The notes: a model not told the origin generated them from the letters alone. A DNA stretch of 64,000 nucleotides from an uncultured Clostridia bacterium (GCA_934462945.1 CAKSJF010000002.1:3743-67742), one strand, 5' to 3'; counted from the first letter of the stretch, positions 26,917 to 37,061 are shown. A program made the numbers and translations.

Positions 26917-27933
26917 TTAGCTTTTATTCGAAAGTCCGGCGGTATAGCCCTGATATTTTTCATAGAGCGCGTCCCATTTCGGATTGGTTTTTTGCTCCGG
27001 GAAATACGGACTTATTTTTTCTGCAAAATAATTTGAGAATTTTTCTGCACCGCGGTAATTTAAGTGTGATTTATCGTAAAAATCCGTGTTCAAATCCAAT
27101 CCGATTTCGTCATACTGCGTGTTAAAATTCCAGAACGGAATATCATATTCCCGGCAAAGCTCATCAAAGGTGTTATAGTGTGCCTGTGCTGTTTCTGTGG
27201 GGTTGGACGGTGTTTTTACAAAGATCAGCTGAATGCCGTTTTCCTGGCAGAGGGTGCGGATTTTATGAAAATAGAAAAGCTCTTTTTCTGCAAGTTCTGC
27301 ATGCAGTTTTATGCCGGAAACATCCGGTTTTTGAATGTTTTCCGCTGTCTCCTCTAAAAGCACATACCCTTTCCAGGGGTCGTGCAGGGATTTTTGATTA
27401 TAGGTGTAGTCCTCCTCCGAAAGCTCGTTCCAGCGGCTGTGATATTTGATGAGGGGAATTAAAAGCGGAAGCCGTTCGCCCTTGGGAGCGGACGCGAATG
27501 CAAGTTCTATCTTGTTTTTGGAAAACGGAATATTGTCCATAAAGGAAAAATTTACGCCGTCGTCATAATATTCCTGATGCTTGGAAAACATCAAAGCGTC
27601 CATCACAACCACGCGCGGACGCTGCGTTTTCAAGCTTTCCCGGAGATAGTAATAGCTTGCCCAGACCGGTTGCCGCTGTGTGGCTAAGACATAGGATTTT
27701 ACTCCGATTTTCTCCCAGACCGCAAGCGGAGAAAAAGAGCAGTAGGTGTTGGACGAGCCAAGATAGATCAGATCAAATTCGTTTTCCGGCTCGTTATAAA
27801 ATCCGGCAATTTTTGTGGTATGATCCCATACACCGGTGAGTGTTTTCCGGCGGAAAAGCTGATTCACCTGCGAAAAGAGCAGACAGAAAACTGTGAGAAA
27901 ACAAACTATTCCGAAAAATGCTTTTCTTTTCAT
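26917..27933 (-). CDS. Membrane-anchored AlgJ/DltD-like (SGNH-fold) partner of the MBOAT acyltransferase
   Basis: 338 aa with an N-terminal anchor helix. IYLGSSNTY and DKSHLNYRGAEKF blocks. Lies immediately downstream of the MBOAT gene. Confidence 0.65.
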   Translation of the reverse strand: MKRKAFFGIVCFLTVFCLLFSQVNQLFRRKTLTGVWDHTTKIAGFYNEPENEFDLIYLGSSNTYCSFSPLAVWEKIGVKSYVLATQRQPVWASYYYLRESLKTQRPRVVVMDALMFSKHQEYYDDGVNFSFMDNIPFSKNKIELAFASAPKGERLPLLIPLIKYHSRWNELSEEDYTYNQKSLHDPWKGYVLLEETAENIQKPDVSGIKLHAELAEKELFYFHKIRTLCQENGIQLIFVKTPSNPTETAQAHYNTFDELCREYDIPFWNFNTQYDEIGLDLNTDFYDKSHLNYRGAEKFSNYFAEKISPYFPEQKTNPKWDALYEKYQGYTAGLSNKS

Positions 27934-27945
27934 ATGCTCTCCTCC

Positions 27946-29439
27946 TTAAAACTGAAAATAGATGAATTGGCTTTCCTCAAATCCCGGACCGTAAATGCCG
28001 AAGATCAGAATAAAGAAAATTGCCGCAAGCAAAAATGCCCATCGGAACACAAGATGATTTTTCAAAAAGGTGTTCCGCAGCTGCATGTGGTAGTAGTGTG
28101 CGGTGCTGACGCAGAATAACACTGCCGTGCCGAATACCAAAATATTCAGATCTGCGCCGGAAAGTCCCAGGGCGGTCAAGCCGCCGCCCGAAAGTATCCA
28201 GGGATCCCATGCACAGAAAATTTTCTGCACAATTCCAAACGCGTCCGAAACAGAGTTGGCACGGAAGAAAATCCAGCCGAAACAGACCAAAAGGAATGTG
28301 ACCGCGCGCTGAAACAGGTGGTATGTATGCGTGTTCCGGTCGATCCGGAAAAGATCGGAAAGCCGTTTTCTTGCCGACAGCGTGATTCCGCCGACCACCT
28401 GATAGATTCCGTGTAAAAGTCCCCAGATTACAAATGTCCAGTTTGCGCCGTGCCAAAGTCCGCTTGCTAAAAAGACCACCATAATATTGAAATATTTCCG
28501 TGCCTGTCCGCGCTTGTTTCCGCCTAATGGAATATAGAGATAATCCCGGAACCAGCCGGAAAGGGAGATGTGCCAGTCTCTCCAGAACTGCGCAATCGTT
28601 TTTGCAAAGTACGGTTCTTCAAAGTTTTTCATCAGAGAAAATCCCATCACCTCTGCCGCACCGCGTGCGATGTCGGTGTAGGAGGAAAAATCGCAGTAGA
28701 TTTGGAGGGCAAACAGGATTGTCGCCAGGAAAAGCTCCAAACCGCCGTAGTCGGTATAGTGGTTGTACACCTGGTTCACTAAAATTGCTGCCCGATCCGC
28801 AATCACAAGCTTTTCAAAAAATCCCCAAAGCATTAAAAGTAAGCCGCGTTTAACACGGACGAGAGAAAAATGATGTTCTTCGTGCAATTGATTTAAAAGA
28901 TTTTTTGAACGCTCAATCGGTCCTGCCACAAGCTGTGGGAAAAAAGACACGAAAAGTGCATACCGAAACGGATTTTTCTCCGCCTGGATTTCTCCGCGGT
29001 AAACGTCCATGGTGTAGGAAAGCGCCTGGAAGGTGTAAAAGGAAATGCCGACCGGCAAAACCACATCAAACCGCGGTATCGCCGCACTTTTTCCAAAGAA
29101 ATTCAAAAGCGTGTTTATGCTGTCGGTCAGAAAACCGGAATATTTGAAAAATACTAAAATCCCTAAGTTCGACAGAAAGCTTGCCGCAACTGTCAGCTTT
29201 TTTGCGCGTGCCGCACGCTTCTGATCCGGATTTTTGTTTGCTTTTGTAATCAATATACCGCTCAAATATGTAATGACGGTGGATGCAGCCATTAACAGTG
29301 CATATTTCGGATTACAGCAAATGTAGAAATAATAGCTCGCCAAGAGCAGCCACACCCATTTGACTTTCTGCGGAATCAGAAAATAAATCAGCGTGACAAC
29401 GGGAAAAAATATTAAAAACTCTGCCGAGTTAAAAAGCAT
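27946..29439 (-). CDS. MBOAT-family membrane O-acyltransferase (AlgI/DltB-like)
   Basis: 497 aa. MLFNSAEFLIFFPVV start, FWRDWHISLSGWFRDYLYIPLGGN, and the conserved His in SGLWHGANW. Confidence 0.9.
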   Translation of the reverse strand: MLFNSAEFLIFFPVVTLIYFLIPQKVKWVWLLLASYYFYICCNPKYALLMAASTVITYLSGILITKANKNPDQKRAARAKKLTVAASFLSNLGILVFFKYSGFLTDSINTLLNFFGKSAAIPRFDVVLPVGISFYTFQALSYTMDVYRGEIQAEKNPFRYALFVSFFPQLVAGPIERSKNLLNQLHEEHHFSLVRVKRGLLLMLWGFFEKLVIADRAAILVNQVYNHYTDYGGLELFLATILFALQIYCDFSSYTDIARGAAEVMGFSLMKNFEEPYFAKTIAQFWRDWHISLSGWFRDYLYIPLGGNKRGQARKYFNIMVVFLASGLWHGANWTFVIWGLLHGIYQVVGGITLSARKRLSDLFRIDRNTHTYHLFQRAVTFLLVCFGWIFFRANSVSDAFGIVQKIFCAWDPWILSGGGLTALGLSGADLNILVFGTAVLFCVSTAHYYHMQLRNTFLKNHLVFRWAFLLAAIFFILIFGIYGPGFEESQFIYFQF

Positions 29440-29502
29440 GGGTTTGTCCTCCTATCGGATACTATGTTTCTATTTTATCATATCCGATGAAATTTATCAA
29501 TA

Positions 29503-30315
29503 TTAAATGATTGGTTTTTCGCGAATTTCCAAAAGTCCGTTTTTCGGTGACACCCCATATGCCTTTACATACGCTTTATAAAAATTTTCATAGCATCCAA
29601 ATCCTGCCTCGGCGCTTGCCTCTGTCAGACTTTTTCCGTCGCGGCAAAGTTCTTTTACCAAAAGCAGACGCTTGGTGATGATATACTGATTGACGGTAAA
29701 GCCGGTTGTTTTTTTAAACAGTCTGCAAAGATAGTATTTGGAAAGATAAAACTCTTTGGAGAGGGCTTCCAGTGTGAGCGGTTCGGATAGATGCTCATTA
29801 ATATAACGGACAATTTCCGGTTCGCGCTTGCGCGGTTTGTCCAATTCCGGCAATCTGGAAAATGCGTGCAAAAGCTCGGCAACAGCACAGCGGGTCATGA
29901 TTTCGGAGGACTCCCCGATATATTGCTCCAGGCGCGAAAATATCTCCTCCGCACCGCATTCTGCCGCCTGCTTGCTGGAAATAATGCGCCGGGAAAGTCC
30001 GCTGCGAAATTCCGGACATTCCATCCGCCCGAAAAAGCGGTCGGATAAATTCAGCACGATTCGCTCATAAGCGGTATCAGAACGGTGGAACACCTGGTGC
30101 AGTTCGTTGCCGTGAATGATCAGAATGTCGTGCGGATTCAGATGGTATTTTGTTCCCTCCACCAGAAAGAAAATATCTCCCCGGAGCAGGGTGAAAATTT
30201 CATAGTCGTTATGCGTGTGCAGATCAAAGTTTACAAACTGCGGATGCTCGGAGGTGCTGTGATGGTAGGAAAAAAGCTTCTCCGGGTGGGTGTATTCTGA
30301 AAGTATTCTGGTCAT
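29503..30315 (-). CDS. AraC-family transcriptional regulator (cupin sensor plus HTH)
   Basis: 270 aa. The N-terminal cupin-like half and the C-terminal LSKYYLCRLFKKTTGFTVNQYI ... GFGCYENFYKAYVKAYGVSP are typical AraC helix-turn-helix motifs. Confidence 0.85.
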   Translation of the reverse strand: MTRILSEYTHPEKLFSYHHSTSEHPQFVNFDLHTHNDYEIFTLLRGDIFFLVEGTKYHLNPHDILIIHGNELHQVFHRSDTAYERIVLNLSDRFFGRMECPEFRSGLSRRIISSKQAAECGAEEIFSRLEQYIGESSEIMTRCAVAELLHAFSRLPELDKPRKREPEIVRYINEHLSEPLTLEALSKEFYLSKYYLCRLFKKTTGFTVNQYIITKRLLLVKELCRDGKSLTEASAEAGFGCYENFYKAYVKAYGVSPKNGLLEIREKPII

Positions 30316-30357
30316 CTCTATCGCCTCCTCTTTTAGTATAACATATTAGAGCAAGAT

Positions 30358-30386
30358 TTGCAATGTTTTTGACAAAATAGTATATT
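30358..30386 (+). promoter_or_regulatory. Promoter of the sugar locus
   Basis: TTGCAA, 17-nt spacer, TATATT. Confidence 0.45.
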
Positions 30387-30390
30387 GTCA
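30370..30390. promoter_or_regulatory. Inverted repeat TGACAA-N9-TTGTCA overlapping the -10 box
   Basis: Perfect 6-bp arms. Its position suggests a regulator binding site. Confidence 0.35.
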
Positions 30391-30437
30391 TGAAAAATAT
30401 CGTGTGATAGAATAAGAAAAAAAGGAGGTAGAACCCT

Positions 30438-31292
30438 ATGAAAAATTGGATTATTTCTGGGTTTTCAGATGAAATTGATGAAAATATTGAAAAGCAGTTC
30501 CGGCATTTAAACAAGCTTGGTATTTCCTATTTTGAGCCGCGCGGCATAAACGGAAAAAACATTTCCGACCTGTCGGACGACGAGGTTTCCGCACTAAAAA
30601 GCGCAATGGAGCAGTATGGAATTAAGGTATCTTCGATTGGCTCGCCGATCGGAAAAATTCAGATTACAGACGAATTTGCGCCGCATTTAGAAAAGCTTCG
30701 GCGTACAATCCGGATTGCAAAAGAACTGCACGCAAGCTATATCCGTGTGTTCAGCTTCTATATTCCGGACGGACAGTATGAAAAATACCGCGATGAGGTT
30801 ATGGAGCGGATGAAACAAATGACCGCATTGGCAGAACAGGAGGACATCGTTCTCCTGCACGAGAATGAAAAGGAGATTTACGGCGATACAGCGCAGCGAT
30901 GCAGAGAAATTTTAGACGAGGTGCATTCCGCACATCTGCGCGCTGTGTTCGATCCGGCAAATTTTGTCCAGTGCGGACAATCTACTTATCCGGAGGCATA
31001 CGAGCTGATTCGCCCGTATCTTGCCTATATGCATATTAAGGACGCACTGGCGGATGGTGCTGTTGTCCCGGCAGGACACGGAATCGGACATGTGGAGCAG
31101 ATTCTTTTGTCTCTTTCCAAGTCCGGCTATGAGGGTTTTTTCAGTTTAGAGCCTCATTTGGGGGATTTTAAAGGATTTTCCGAGCTGGAATCAAAGACGG
31201 TGGAGAAAAAGGAAATCAGCACACCGGAAAAATTTACACTGGCATATGAAAGCTTAAAGGAATTGTTTCAGAAAGTGGAGGAGACGTTATGA
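30438..31292 (+). CDS. Sugar phosphate isomerase/epimerase (xylose-isomerase-like TIM barrel)
   Basis: 284 aa. ISGFSDEI start, LHENE and FDPANF metal-site-type motifs of the AP_endonuc_2 fold. Confidence 0.75.
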   Translation: MKNWIISGFSDEIDENIEKQFRHLNKLGISYFEPRGINGKNISDLSDDEVSALKSAMEQYGIKVSSIGSPIGKIQITDEFAPHLEKLRRTIRIAKELHASYIRVFSFYIPDGQYEKYRDEVMERMKQMTALAEQEDIVLLHENEKEIYGDTAQRCREILDEVHSAHLRAVFDPANFVQCGQSTYPEAYELIRPYLAYMHIKDALADGAVVPAGHGIGHVEQILLSLSKSGYEGFFSLEPHLGDFKGFSELESKTVEKKEISTPEKFTLAYESLKELFQKVEETL

Positions 31293-32449
31293 AAAAGGTA
31301 CGGATTGGTGTGATCGGCGTTGGAAATATGGGGTCCGGACATGCAAACATTTTAACAAACGGTTTGATTCCAAATGCGGAGCTGACGGCTTTGTGCGATA
31401 TTGCAGAGGCGCGGCGCACAGAGCTAAAAAAGCAATATCCGGAAATTCCGGTATTTGCAGATGCGGAGGAGATGATGAAAAGCGGACTTGTGGATGCAGT
31501 TACCATTGCCGTTCCGCATTACGACCATCCGCCGCTTGCCATCCTTGCCTTTTCTTACGGTTTGCACGTTCTGACCGAAAAGCCGGCAGGGGTGTATACC
31601 AAGCAGGTTTTGGAAATGAATCAGGCGGCAGAAAAATCCGGAAAAGTTTTTGGGATTATGTACAATCAGCGCACCAATCCGGTTTATCAGAAAATCCGTC
31701 AGCTGATACAGGAGGGCGCATTAGGACAGATTAAGCGCGTATCCTGGATTGTGACCGACTGGTACCGATCCCAGGCATATCATGACAGCTGCACCTGGCG
31801 GTCAACCTGGAAAACAGAGGGCGGCGGCACACTGATCAATCAGAATCCGCATCAGCTGGATTTGTGGCAGTGGATGTTTGGCATGCCGGATCGGATTATG
31901 TCGCATGTTTCCTTTGGAAAGTATTATGATATTGAGGTGGAGGATGATGTGACCGCTTTTATGGAATACAAAAACGGCATGACCGGTGTTTATATCACTT
32001 CTACCGGAGAAGCACCGGGAGAAAACCGACTGGAAATCTCCTGCGACAGGGGTTTGCTGATTGTGGAAAAAGGAAAAATCACATTTCGCCGGAATACCGT
32101 AAGCGAGCGTGAATTTAACAAAAATAATACCGCACCGTTTGGTGTTCCGGAGTGTTGGGACTGCACCATACCGGTCGATTCTCATGGCGGAGAACAGCAT
32201 GTGGGGATTTTGAAGAATTTTTGCAGCGCTATTTTGGACGGAACACCGCTTTTAGCGCCCGGCTATGAGGGAATCCGCGGTCTGACGATTTCCAACGCGA
32301 TTCACTATTCGGCATGGACAGGCGGCTGGGCAGACGTGCAAAACTTCCCGGCAGAGGAATTTTATCAGCTTTTACAGGATAAAATCAAGCATTCCACCGT
32401 GGTGAAAAAGGAACAGCAGATTACGGTTGGAACAGAGGGAACTTATTAA
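31289..32449 (+). CDS. Gfo/Idh/MocA-family NAD(P)-dependent oxidoreductase
   Basis: 386 aa. IGVIGVGNMG Rossmann start, EKP motif (VLTEKPAG), and GGGTLINQNPHQLD. Confidence 0.85.
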   Translation: MKKVRIGVIGVGNMGSGHANILTNGLIPNAELTALCDIAEARRTELKKQYPEIPVFADAEEMMKSGLVDAVTIAVPHYDHPPLAILAFSYGLHVLTEKPAGVYTKQVLEMNQAAEKSGKVFGIMYNQRTNPVYQKIRQLIQEGALGQIKRVSWIVTDWYRSQAYHDSCTWRSTWKTEGGGTLINQNPHQLDLWQWMFGMPDRIMSHVSFGKYYDIEVEDDVTAFMEYKNGMTGVYITSTGEAPGENRLEISCDRGLLIVEKGKITFRRNTVSEREFNKNNTAPFGVPECWDCTIPVDSHGGEQHVGILKNFCSAILDGTPLLAPGYEGIRGLTISNAIHYSAWTGGWADVQNFPAEEFYQLLQDKIKHSTVVKKEQQITVGTEGTY

Positions 32450-32462
32450 GGAGGGAAAGCGG

Positions 32463-33209
32463 ATGAAGAAAGAAATCGGCGCACAGCTTTTTACCGTTCG
32501 TGATTTTTGCCAGACGAGAGACGGTTTTGCAAACACGCTAAAGCGTCTCCGGGAAATCGGGTATCAGGCGGTACAGATTTCTGCGGTCGGACCGATTCCG
32601 CCGGAGGATCTGAAAGCGCTCTGCGATCAGTACGGCATGGAAATCTACTGCACGCACAAGCCGGTTGACGCGTTTTTAGAACAGCCGGAACAGGTGATTC
32701 AATATCATAAAACGCTTGGCTGTCCGATTGCAGGTCTGGGACATCCGGGAGATCATCTCTCCGATTTGGAGCATTTTGTGCTACAGCTTAATCAGGTGAC
32801 AGAACAGCTGAAAAAAGAGGGAATCACATTTCTTTATCATAATCATGCCTTGGAATTTCAGAAACTTCCGGACGGGCAGTTAATTTTTGACTATCTTGAA
32901 CAGCATGCAAAATTCGGATTTATTGTGGATGTCTACTGGCTGGCGGTAGCCGGAATGAACCCGGCTGCCGTAATCCGGCGGTTAGGCTCGCGCGCACAGA
33001 TCATTCATTTTAAAGATCTCGCCGTTTTCGGAAATGACGCATGCATGGCAGAGGTCATGGAGGGGAATCTGAATTGGGATGAGATTTTCGCAGCATGCGA
33101 GGAGGCAGGGTGTCAGGCGGCTTTGGTGGAACAGGATGTATGCCGCCGAGATCCGTTTGAAAGCCTTGCAATCAGCTATCAGAATCTGAAAGCAAAGGGG
33201 TTTTGCTAA
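32463..33209 (+). CDS. Sugar phosphate isomerase/epimerase (second TIM-barrel protein)
   Basis: Start moved to the ATG at 32463 after GGAGGGA (MKKEIGAQLFTVRDF...). YHNHALEF and HFKD motifs. Confidence 0.75.
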   Translation: MKKEIGAQLFTVRDFCQTRDGFANTLKRLREIGYQAVQISAVGPIPPEDLKALCDQYGMEIYCTHKPVDAFLEQPEQVIQYHKTLGCPIAGLGHPGDHLSDLEHFVLQLNQVTEQLKKEGITFLYHNHALEFQKLPDGQLIFDYLEQHAKFGFIVDVYWLAVAGMNPAAVIRRLGSRAQIIHFKDLAVFGNDACMAEVMEGNLNWDEIFAACEEAGCQAALVEQDVCRRDPFESLAISYQNLKAKGFC

Positions 33210-34205
33210 GTGAAAAATGCATGTGTTGTCGGTTATGGCGCAATCGGACCGATTCATGCGCAGGCTTTGGAGCAGGTGGAAAATGCCCGTCTTTATGCTG
33301 TCTGCGATCTTCAAAAGAAACGTGCCGACCTTGCCGCAAGGGAACATCAGACAAAGGCAATCTACGATTTTTCAGAGGTTTTGACGAATCCGGAAATTGA
33401 CGCGGTACATATCTGCACACCGCACTATCTGCACCAGTCCATGGCGATTGCCTGCATGAGGGCAGGAAAGGATGTTGTCCTGGAAAAACCGATTGTCATG
33501 AGGGAAACGGAGCTTTCCGAACTGATTTCGGTTTATCAGAAAACCGGCAGGCGCGTCTGTGCCATCCTGCAAAACCGGATGAACCCTTGCGTGCAGAAGC
33601 TTTCGGAAATTGTAAAATGCGGTCAATACGGTGCGCTTTTGTCGCTTTCTGCCTTTTTAACCTGGTCGCGGGATGACGATTATTATCAGGCGGACGAATG
33701 GCGCGGAAAATGGGCAACCGAGGGCGGCGGTGTTCTGATCAATCAGGCAGTACATCTTTTGGATTTGTGCGATTGGTTAGGCGGCGGCATTGCCGCGCTC
33801 CGGTGCGACATCAGCACAAAGGCGTTGCAGATTGAGGTGGAGGATACGGCAGACGCGGTCTTTTGGATGAAAAATGGTGCGCGCGGCATCTTTTATGCCA
33901 CGAATGCAAACAGCGTGAACAATCCGTTCCGGCTGGAGCTTTGTTTTCAAAACGGCATCTTTCGTTATGCCGATGGAATGCTTGCGCAGATTTCGGACGG
34001 TCGGGTTGATGTCCTTGCAAGCGATACCAAGCCGGAGCAGGGAAAGGCATATTGGGGAAGCAGCCATGCGCGCGTGATTTCCGATTTTTATCAGGGAAAA
34101 GAGTATCTTCGCTTAGAGGACGCACTGCATTCTGCAAGGGTGCTGTTTGCGATGTATCAATCGGCAAAGGAACACAGAAGAATAGAATTGGAGGAAACAA
34201 TATGA
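33210..34205 (+). CDS. Gfo/Idh/MocA-family oxidoreductase (second copy)
   Basis: 331 aa, GTG start. [17 protein letters not shown] and [14 protein letters not shown]. Confidence 0.8.
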   Translation: MKNACVVGYGAIGPIHAQALEQVENARLYAVCDLQKKRADLAAREHQTKAIYDFSEVLTNPEIDAVHICTPHYLHQSMAIACMRAGKDVVLEKPIVMRETELSELISVYQKTGRRVCAILQNRMNPCVQKLSEIVKCGQYGALLSLSAFLTWSRDDDYYQADEWRGKWATEGGGVLINQAVHLLDLCDWLGGGIAALRCDISTKALQIEVEDTADAVFWMKNGARGIFYATNANSVNNPFRLELCFQNGIFRYADGMLAQISDGRVDVLASDTKPEQGKAYWGSSHARVISDFYQGKEYLRLEDALHSARVLFAMYQSAKEHRRIELEETI

Positions 34206-35242
34206 AAATGACATTTCGCTGGTACGGAAAGGACGATCCGGTCAGCTTAGAGATGATTCGTCAGATTCCCGGCGTAGAGGGAATCGTCACAGCCGTTTAT
34301 GACGTTCCGGTGGGAGAGGTCTGGAGCGAGGAACGTATTTTTGCGCTGAAAAATGAGGTGGAGCAGGCAGGACTTTCCCTTTCAGTGATCGAAAGCGTTC
34401 CGGTACATGAGGATATTAAAATGGGTTGCGGCGACCGCGACCGCTATATTGAAAATTATTGCGAAACGCTTAAAAATCTTGCAAAAGCAGGAGTGGACTG
34501 CGTTTGCTATAACTTTATGCCGGTGTTCGACTGGACGCGCTCTGACCTCTGCCATCTGCTGCCGGATGGGTCGAATGCGCTATCCTACGATCATCAGACA
34601 GTCCTTTCGATGGATCCCGTTTCCGGCTCGCTTTCACTTCCAGGCTGGGATGAAAGCTACACCAAAGAGGAGCTTGGAAAGCTTTTGGAGCAGTATCGGG
34701 GCATCAATGAGGAAATGCTTTGGGACAATTTAAAATACTTCTTAGACCGCGTGATCAAAACGGCGGAGGAGGTTAAGGTGAAGATGGCGATTCACCCGGA
34801 CGATCCGCCCTGGGGGATTTTCGGCTTGCCGCGTATTATCACCAATGAAGAAAATCTTGCGCGCTTTTTAAAGCTTTACGACAGCCCCTATAACGGACTG
34901 ACGCTTTGCAGCGGCTCTTTAGGGGTACATCCGGAAAATAATATTGCGCATATGGTAGGGCGCTTTGCCGACCGGATTCATTTTGCACACATGCGGAATG
35001 TGAAAATCACAGGCGACCGTTGTTTCACCGAAACCGGACACCGTTCTGCGGACGGCTCTTTGGATATGGTGGAGATTATGAAAGCTTATCATGACGCAGG
35101 GTTTACCGGTTATATGCGCCCTGACCACGGACGTATGATCTGGGGAGAACAAGGCAGACCCGGCTATGGACTGTATGACCGTGCTTTGGGTGCGGTGTAC
35201 TTAAACGGAATTTGGGAGACATTAGAAAAGGAGACGAAATAA
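34202..35242 (+). CDS. uxuA: Mannonate dehydratase
   Basis: [41 protein letters not shown] is the canonical UxuA N-terminus. Start set at the ATG at 34202 (ATGA overlap with the upstream stop); the longer track ORF is an artefact. Confidence 0.9.
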   Translation: MKMTFRWYGKDDPVSLEMIRQIPGVEGIVTAVYDVPVGEVWSEERIFALKNEVEQAGLSLSVIESVPVHEDIKMGCGDRDRYIENYCETLKNLAKAGVDCVCYNFMPVFDWTRSDLCHLLPDGSNALSYDHQTVLSMDPVSGSLSLPGWDESYTKEELGKLLEQYRGINEEMLWDNLKYFLDRVIKTAEEVKVKMAIHPDDPPWGIFGLPRIITNEENLARFLKLYDSPYNGLTLCSGSLGVHPENNIAHMVGRFADRIHFAHMRNVKITGDRCFTETGHRSADGSLDMVEIMKAYHDAGFTGYMRPDHGRMIWGEQGRPGYGLYDRALGAVYLNGIWETLEKETK

Positions 35243-35243
35243 T

Positions 35244-36092
35244 ATGAATTTGCCATTTCAGTTAGACTTATCGGGAAAAACCATTGTGATCACAGGCGGC
35301 GGAGGTGTGCTTTGCGGCATGTTTGCCAAGGCTTTGGGCGCATGCGGCGCAAATATTGCTGTGCTGGATTTGAATGAAAACGCGGCAAATAGCGTTGCAG
35401 AGGAAATCCGGAAAAACGGCGGAACAGCAATCGGATATTGTGCCAATGTGCTGGATCGCAGCTCTTTGGAGGAGGTGCGAAAAAAGATTCTTTCTGATTT
35501 TGGCGCATGCGATATTCTAATCAATGGCGCAGGCGGCAACAATCCAAAGGGAACAACCCAGAAAGAATATTTTGAACCGTCCGATCTGGATTCTGATACT
35601 GTCACCTTTTTTGACTTAGACCCGGACGGAGTAGAATTTGTGTTCCGGTTGAATTTCTTAGGAACACTTCTTCCTACACAGGTGTTTGCAAAGGACATGG
35701 CGAAAGGGGAAAAGGGATGTATTATCAATATTTCCTCGATGAACGCTTTCACGCCGCTTACCAAAATTCCGGCATACAGCGGCGCAAAGGCGGCAATCTC
35801 AAACTTTACCCAATGGCTTGCCGTACATTTTTCAAAGGTGGGAATCCGCGTGAATGCAATCGCCCCCGGGTTCTTTGTCACAAATCAGAACCGCGGACTT
35901 TTGTATGATGCAGAGGGTAATCCCACACCGCGTACCGGAAAAATCTTAGCCGCCACCCCGATGGGACGGTTCGGCGAGGCGGAAGAACTGATCGGAACGC
36001 TTCTTTATCTGGTGAATGACCGGGCGGCAAGCTTTGTCACCGGCGTTGTCATTCCGGTAGACGGAGGATTCTCTGCCTATAGCGGAGTATAA
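35244..36092 (+). CDS. uxuB: SDR-family D-mannonate/fructuronate oxidoreductase
   Basis: 282 aa. ITGGGGVLCG cofactor motif, YSGAKAA catalytic motif, and position directly after uxuA, as for short-chain UxuB of Firmicutes. Confidence 0.7.
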   Translation: MNLPFQLDLSGKTIVITGGGGVLCGMFAKALGACGANIAVLDLNENAANSVAEEIRKNGGTAIGYCANVLDRSSLEEVRKKILSDFGACDILINGAGGNNPKGTTQKEYFEPSDLDSDTVTFFDLDPDGVEFVFRLNFLGTLLPTQVFAKDMAKGEKGCIINISSMNAFTPLTKIPAYSGAKAAISNFTQWLAVHFSKVGIRVNAIAPGFFVTNQNRGLLYDAEGNPTPRTGKILAATPMGRFGEAEELIGTLLYLVNDRAASFVTGVVIPVDGGFSAYSGV

Positions 36093-36158
36093 AAGACCGG
36101 CAAAACGGAAGTGCTGAAAATATGACTTGCTGTCTGCCTGCTGCATAAAAAATTGCAC

Positions 36159-36974
36159 TTACGAATGGCTCTCTTGAGCAAAGGGAGCTGGCACCGTAGG
36201 TGACTGAGGGATTGTCACCTGATGATTTGGTTTTTGCACACCGGCATGATCAATCAGGTAGTTTTCATGATAGATCAGTTCGCTGACGGTGCAGAGGGTA
36301 AAATCCTTTGTCAGCGTTTCCAAAAGCGTTGGCAGAACATCCTTGGTACATTCTGTTCCGTTGTGCATAAGAATAATTTCTCCCGGCTTGACCTTTTGGT
36401 CAAGCCGGTTTAATATTTCCTCCGGCGATTTTGCCTTATAATCTAAGCTGTCGAGTGACCACTGAATATAGCACCGCCCGGATTCATCACATGCCGACAC
36501 TACGGTATTGTTATATTCGCCATATGCCGCCCGGAATAAATACGGCTTTTTCCCAGTCAGATTTTCAAGAACGGTATCGCATTTTTGCATATCCTCTAAA
36601 ATTTCCTCACGGCTCATTTTGGAATAATGCGCATGATTGTAAGAATGATTCCCAAGCTCATGTCCGGCGGTATCTATTTTTTTTACCGCGTCCGGATATT
36701 TTTCCACCCAGTCTCCCACGGCAAAAAAAGTCGCTTTTACATGATAATCAGAAAGCGTTTTTAAAATGCTGTCAATATCGCTGTCGTTCCAGGCGCAGTT
36801 AAAGGTCAGAGCGATTTTGTTGTCCTCCCGTTCCACAGAATAGATCGGAATTTCCCGATCCCCCACCCGGAATACCGACTGGGAGGAGTTTTTCATACAG
36901 CCGACCACGATTAAGGTCAAAATCAATAAAATGCCGAAAAAAATTGTACGTCCGCGCAGAATATAAAAATGCAT
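36159..36974 (-). CDS. Polysaccharide deacetylase (NodB homology domain, PdaB-like), membrane or lipid anchored
   Basis: 271 aa. FNCAWNDSD, KATFFAVGDW and GHELGNHSYNH motifs. N-terminal hydrophobic segment ending in VVGC. Confidence 0.85.
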   Translation of the reverse strand: MHFYILRGRTIFFGILLILTLIVVGCMKNSSQSVFRVGDREIPIYSVEREDNKIALTFNCAWNDSDIDSILKTLSDYHVKATFFAVGDWVEKYPDAVKKIDTAGHELGNHSYNHAHYSKMSREEILEDMQKCDTVLENLTGKKPYLFRAAYGEYNNTVVSACDESGRCYIQWSLDSLDYKAKSPEEILNRLDQKVKPGEIILMHNGTECTKDVLPTLLETLTKDFTLCTVSELIYHENYLIDHAGVQKPNHQVTIPQSPTVPAPFAQESHS

Positions 36975-37032
36975 CGAATCACCTCTTATTCTATCTCTAT
37001 GCGACCTTTCGGGAAAAAAGAAGAAAAGAAAT

Positions 37033-37061
37033 TTGACAAACCATCCGAAATTTAGTATAAT
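37033..37061 (+). promoter_or_regulatory. Promoter of the topoisomerase pair
   Basis: TTGACA, 17-nt spacer, TATAAT. Confidence 0.55.

Noticed and set aside
26340-26963. 207-aa version of rubrerythrin, and the 194-aa plus-strand ORF 26300..26884
   Set aside because: The N-terminal 28 codons overlap the upstream gene and lack homology to rubrerythrins. A GTG with a perfect AAGGAGG gives the canonical 179-aa protein. The plus-strand ORF is antisense shadow (Pro/Arg-rich).
34052-34201. 50-codon N-terminal extension of UxuA in the ORF track
   Set aside because: The canonical UxuA N-terminus (MKMTFRWYG) starts at 34202 with GGAGGAAACAAT upstream. The extension overlaps the preceding oxidoreductase gene.
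35258-35881. 207-aa minus-strand ORF antisense to the uxuB-like SDR gene
   Set aside because: It is a shadow ORF of a well-supported CDS. Its Ser/Pro/Phe-rich translation has no motif or start context.
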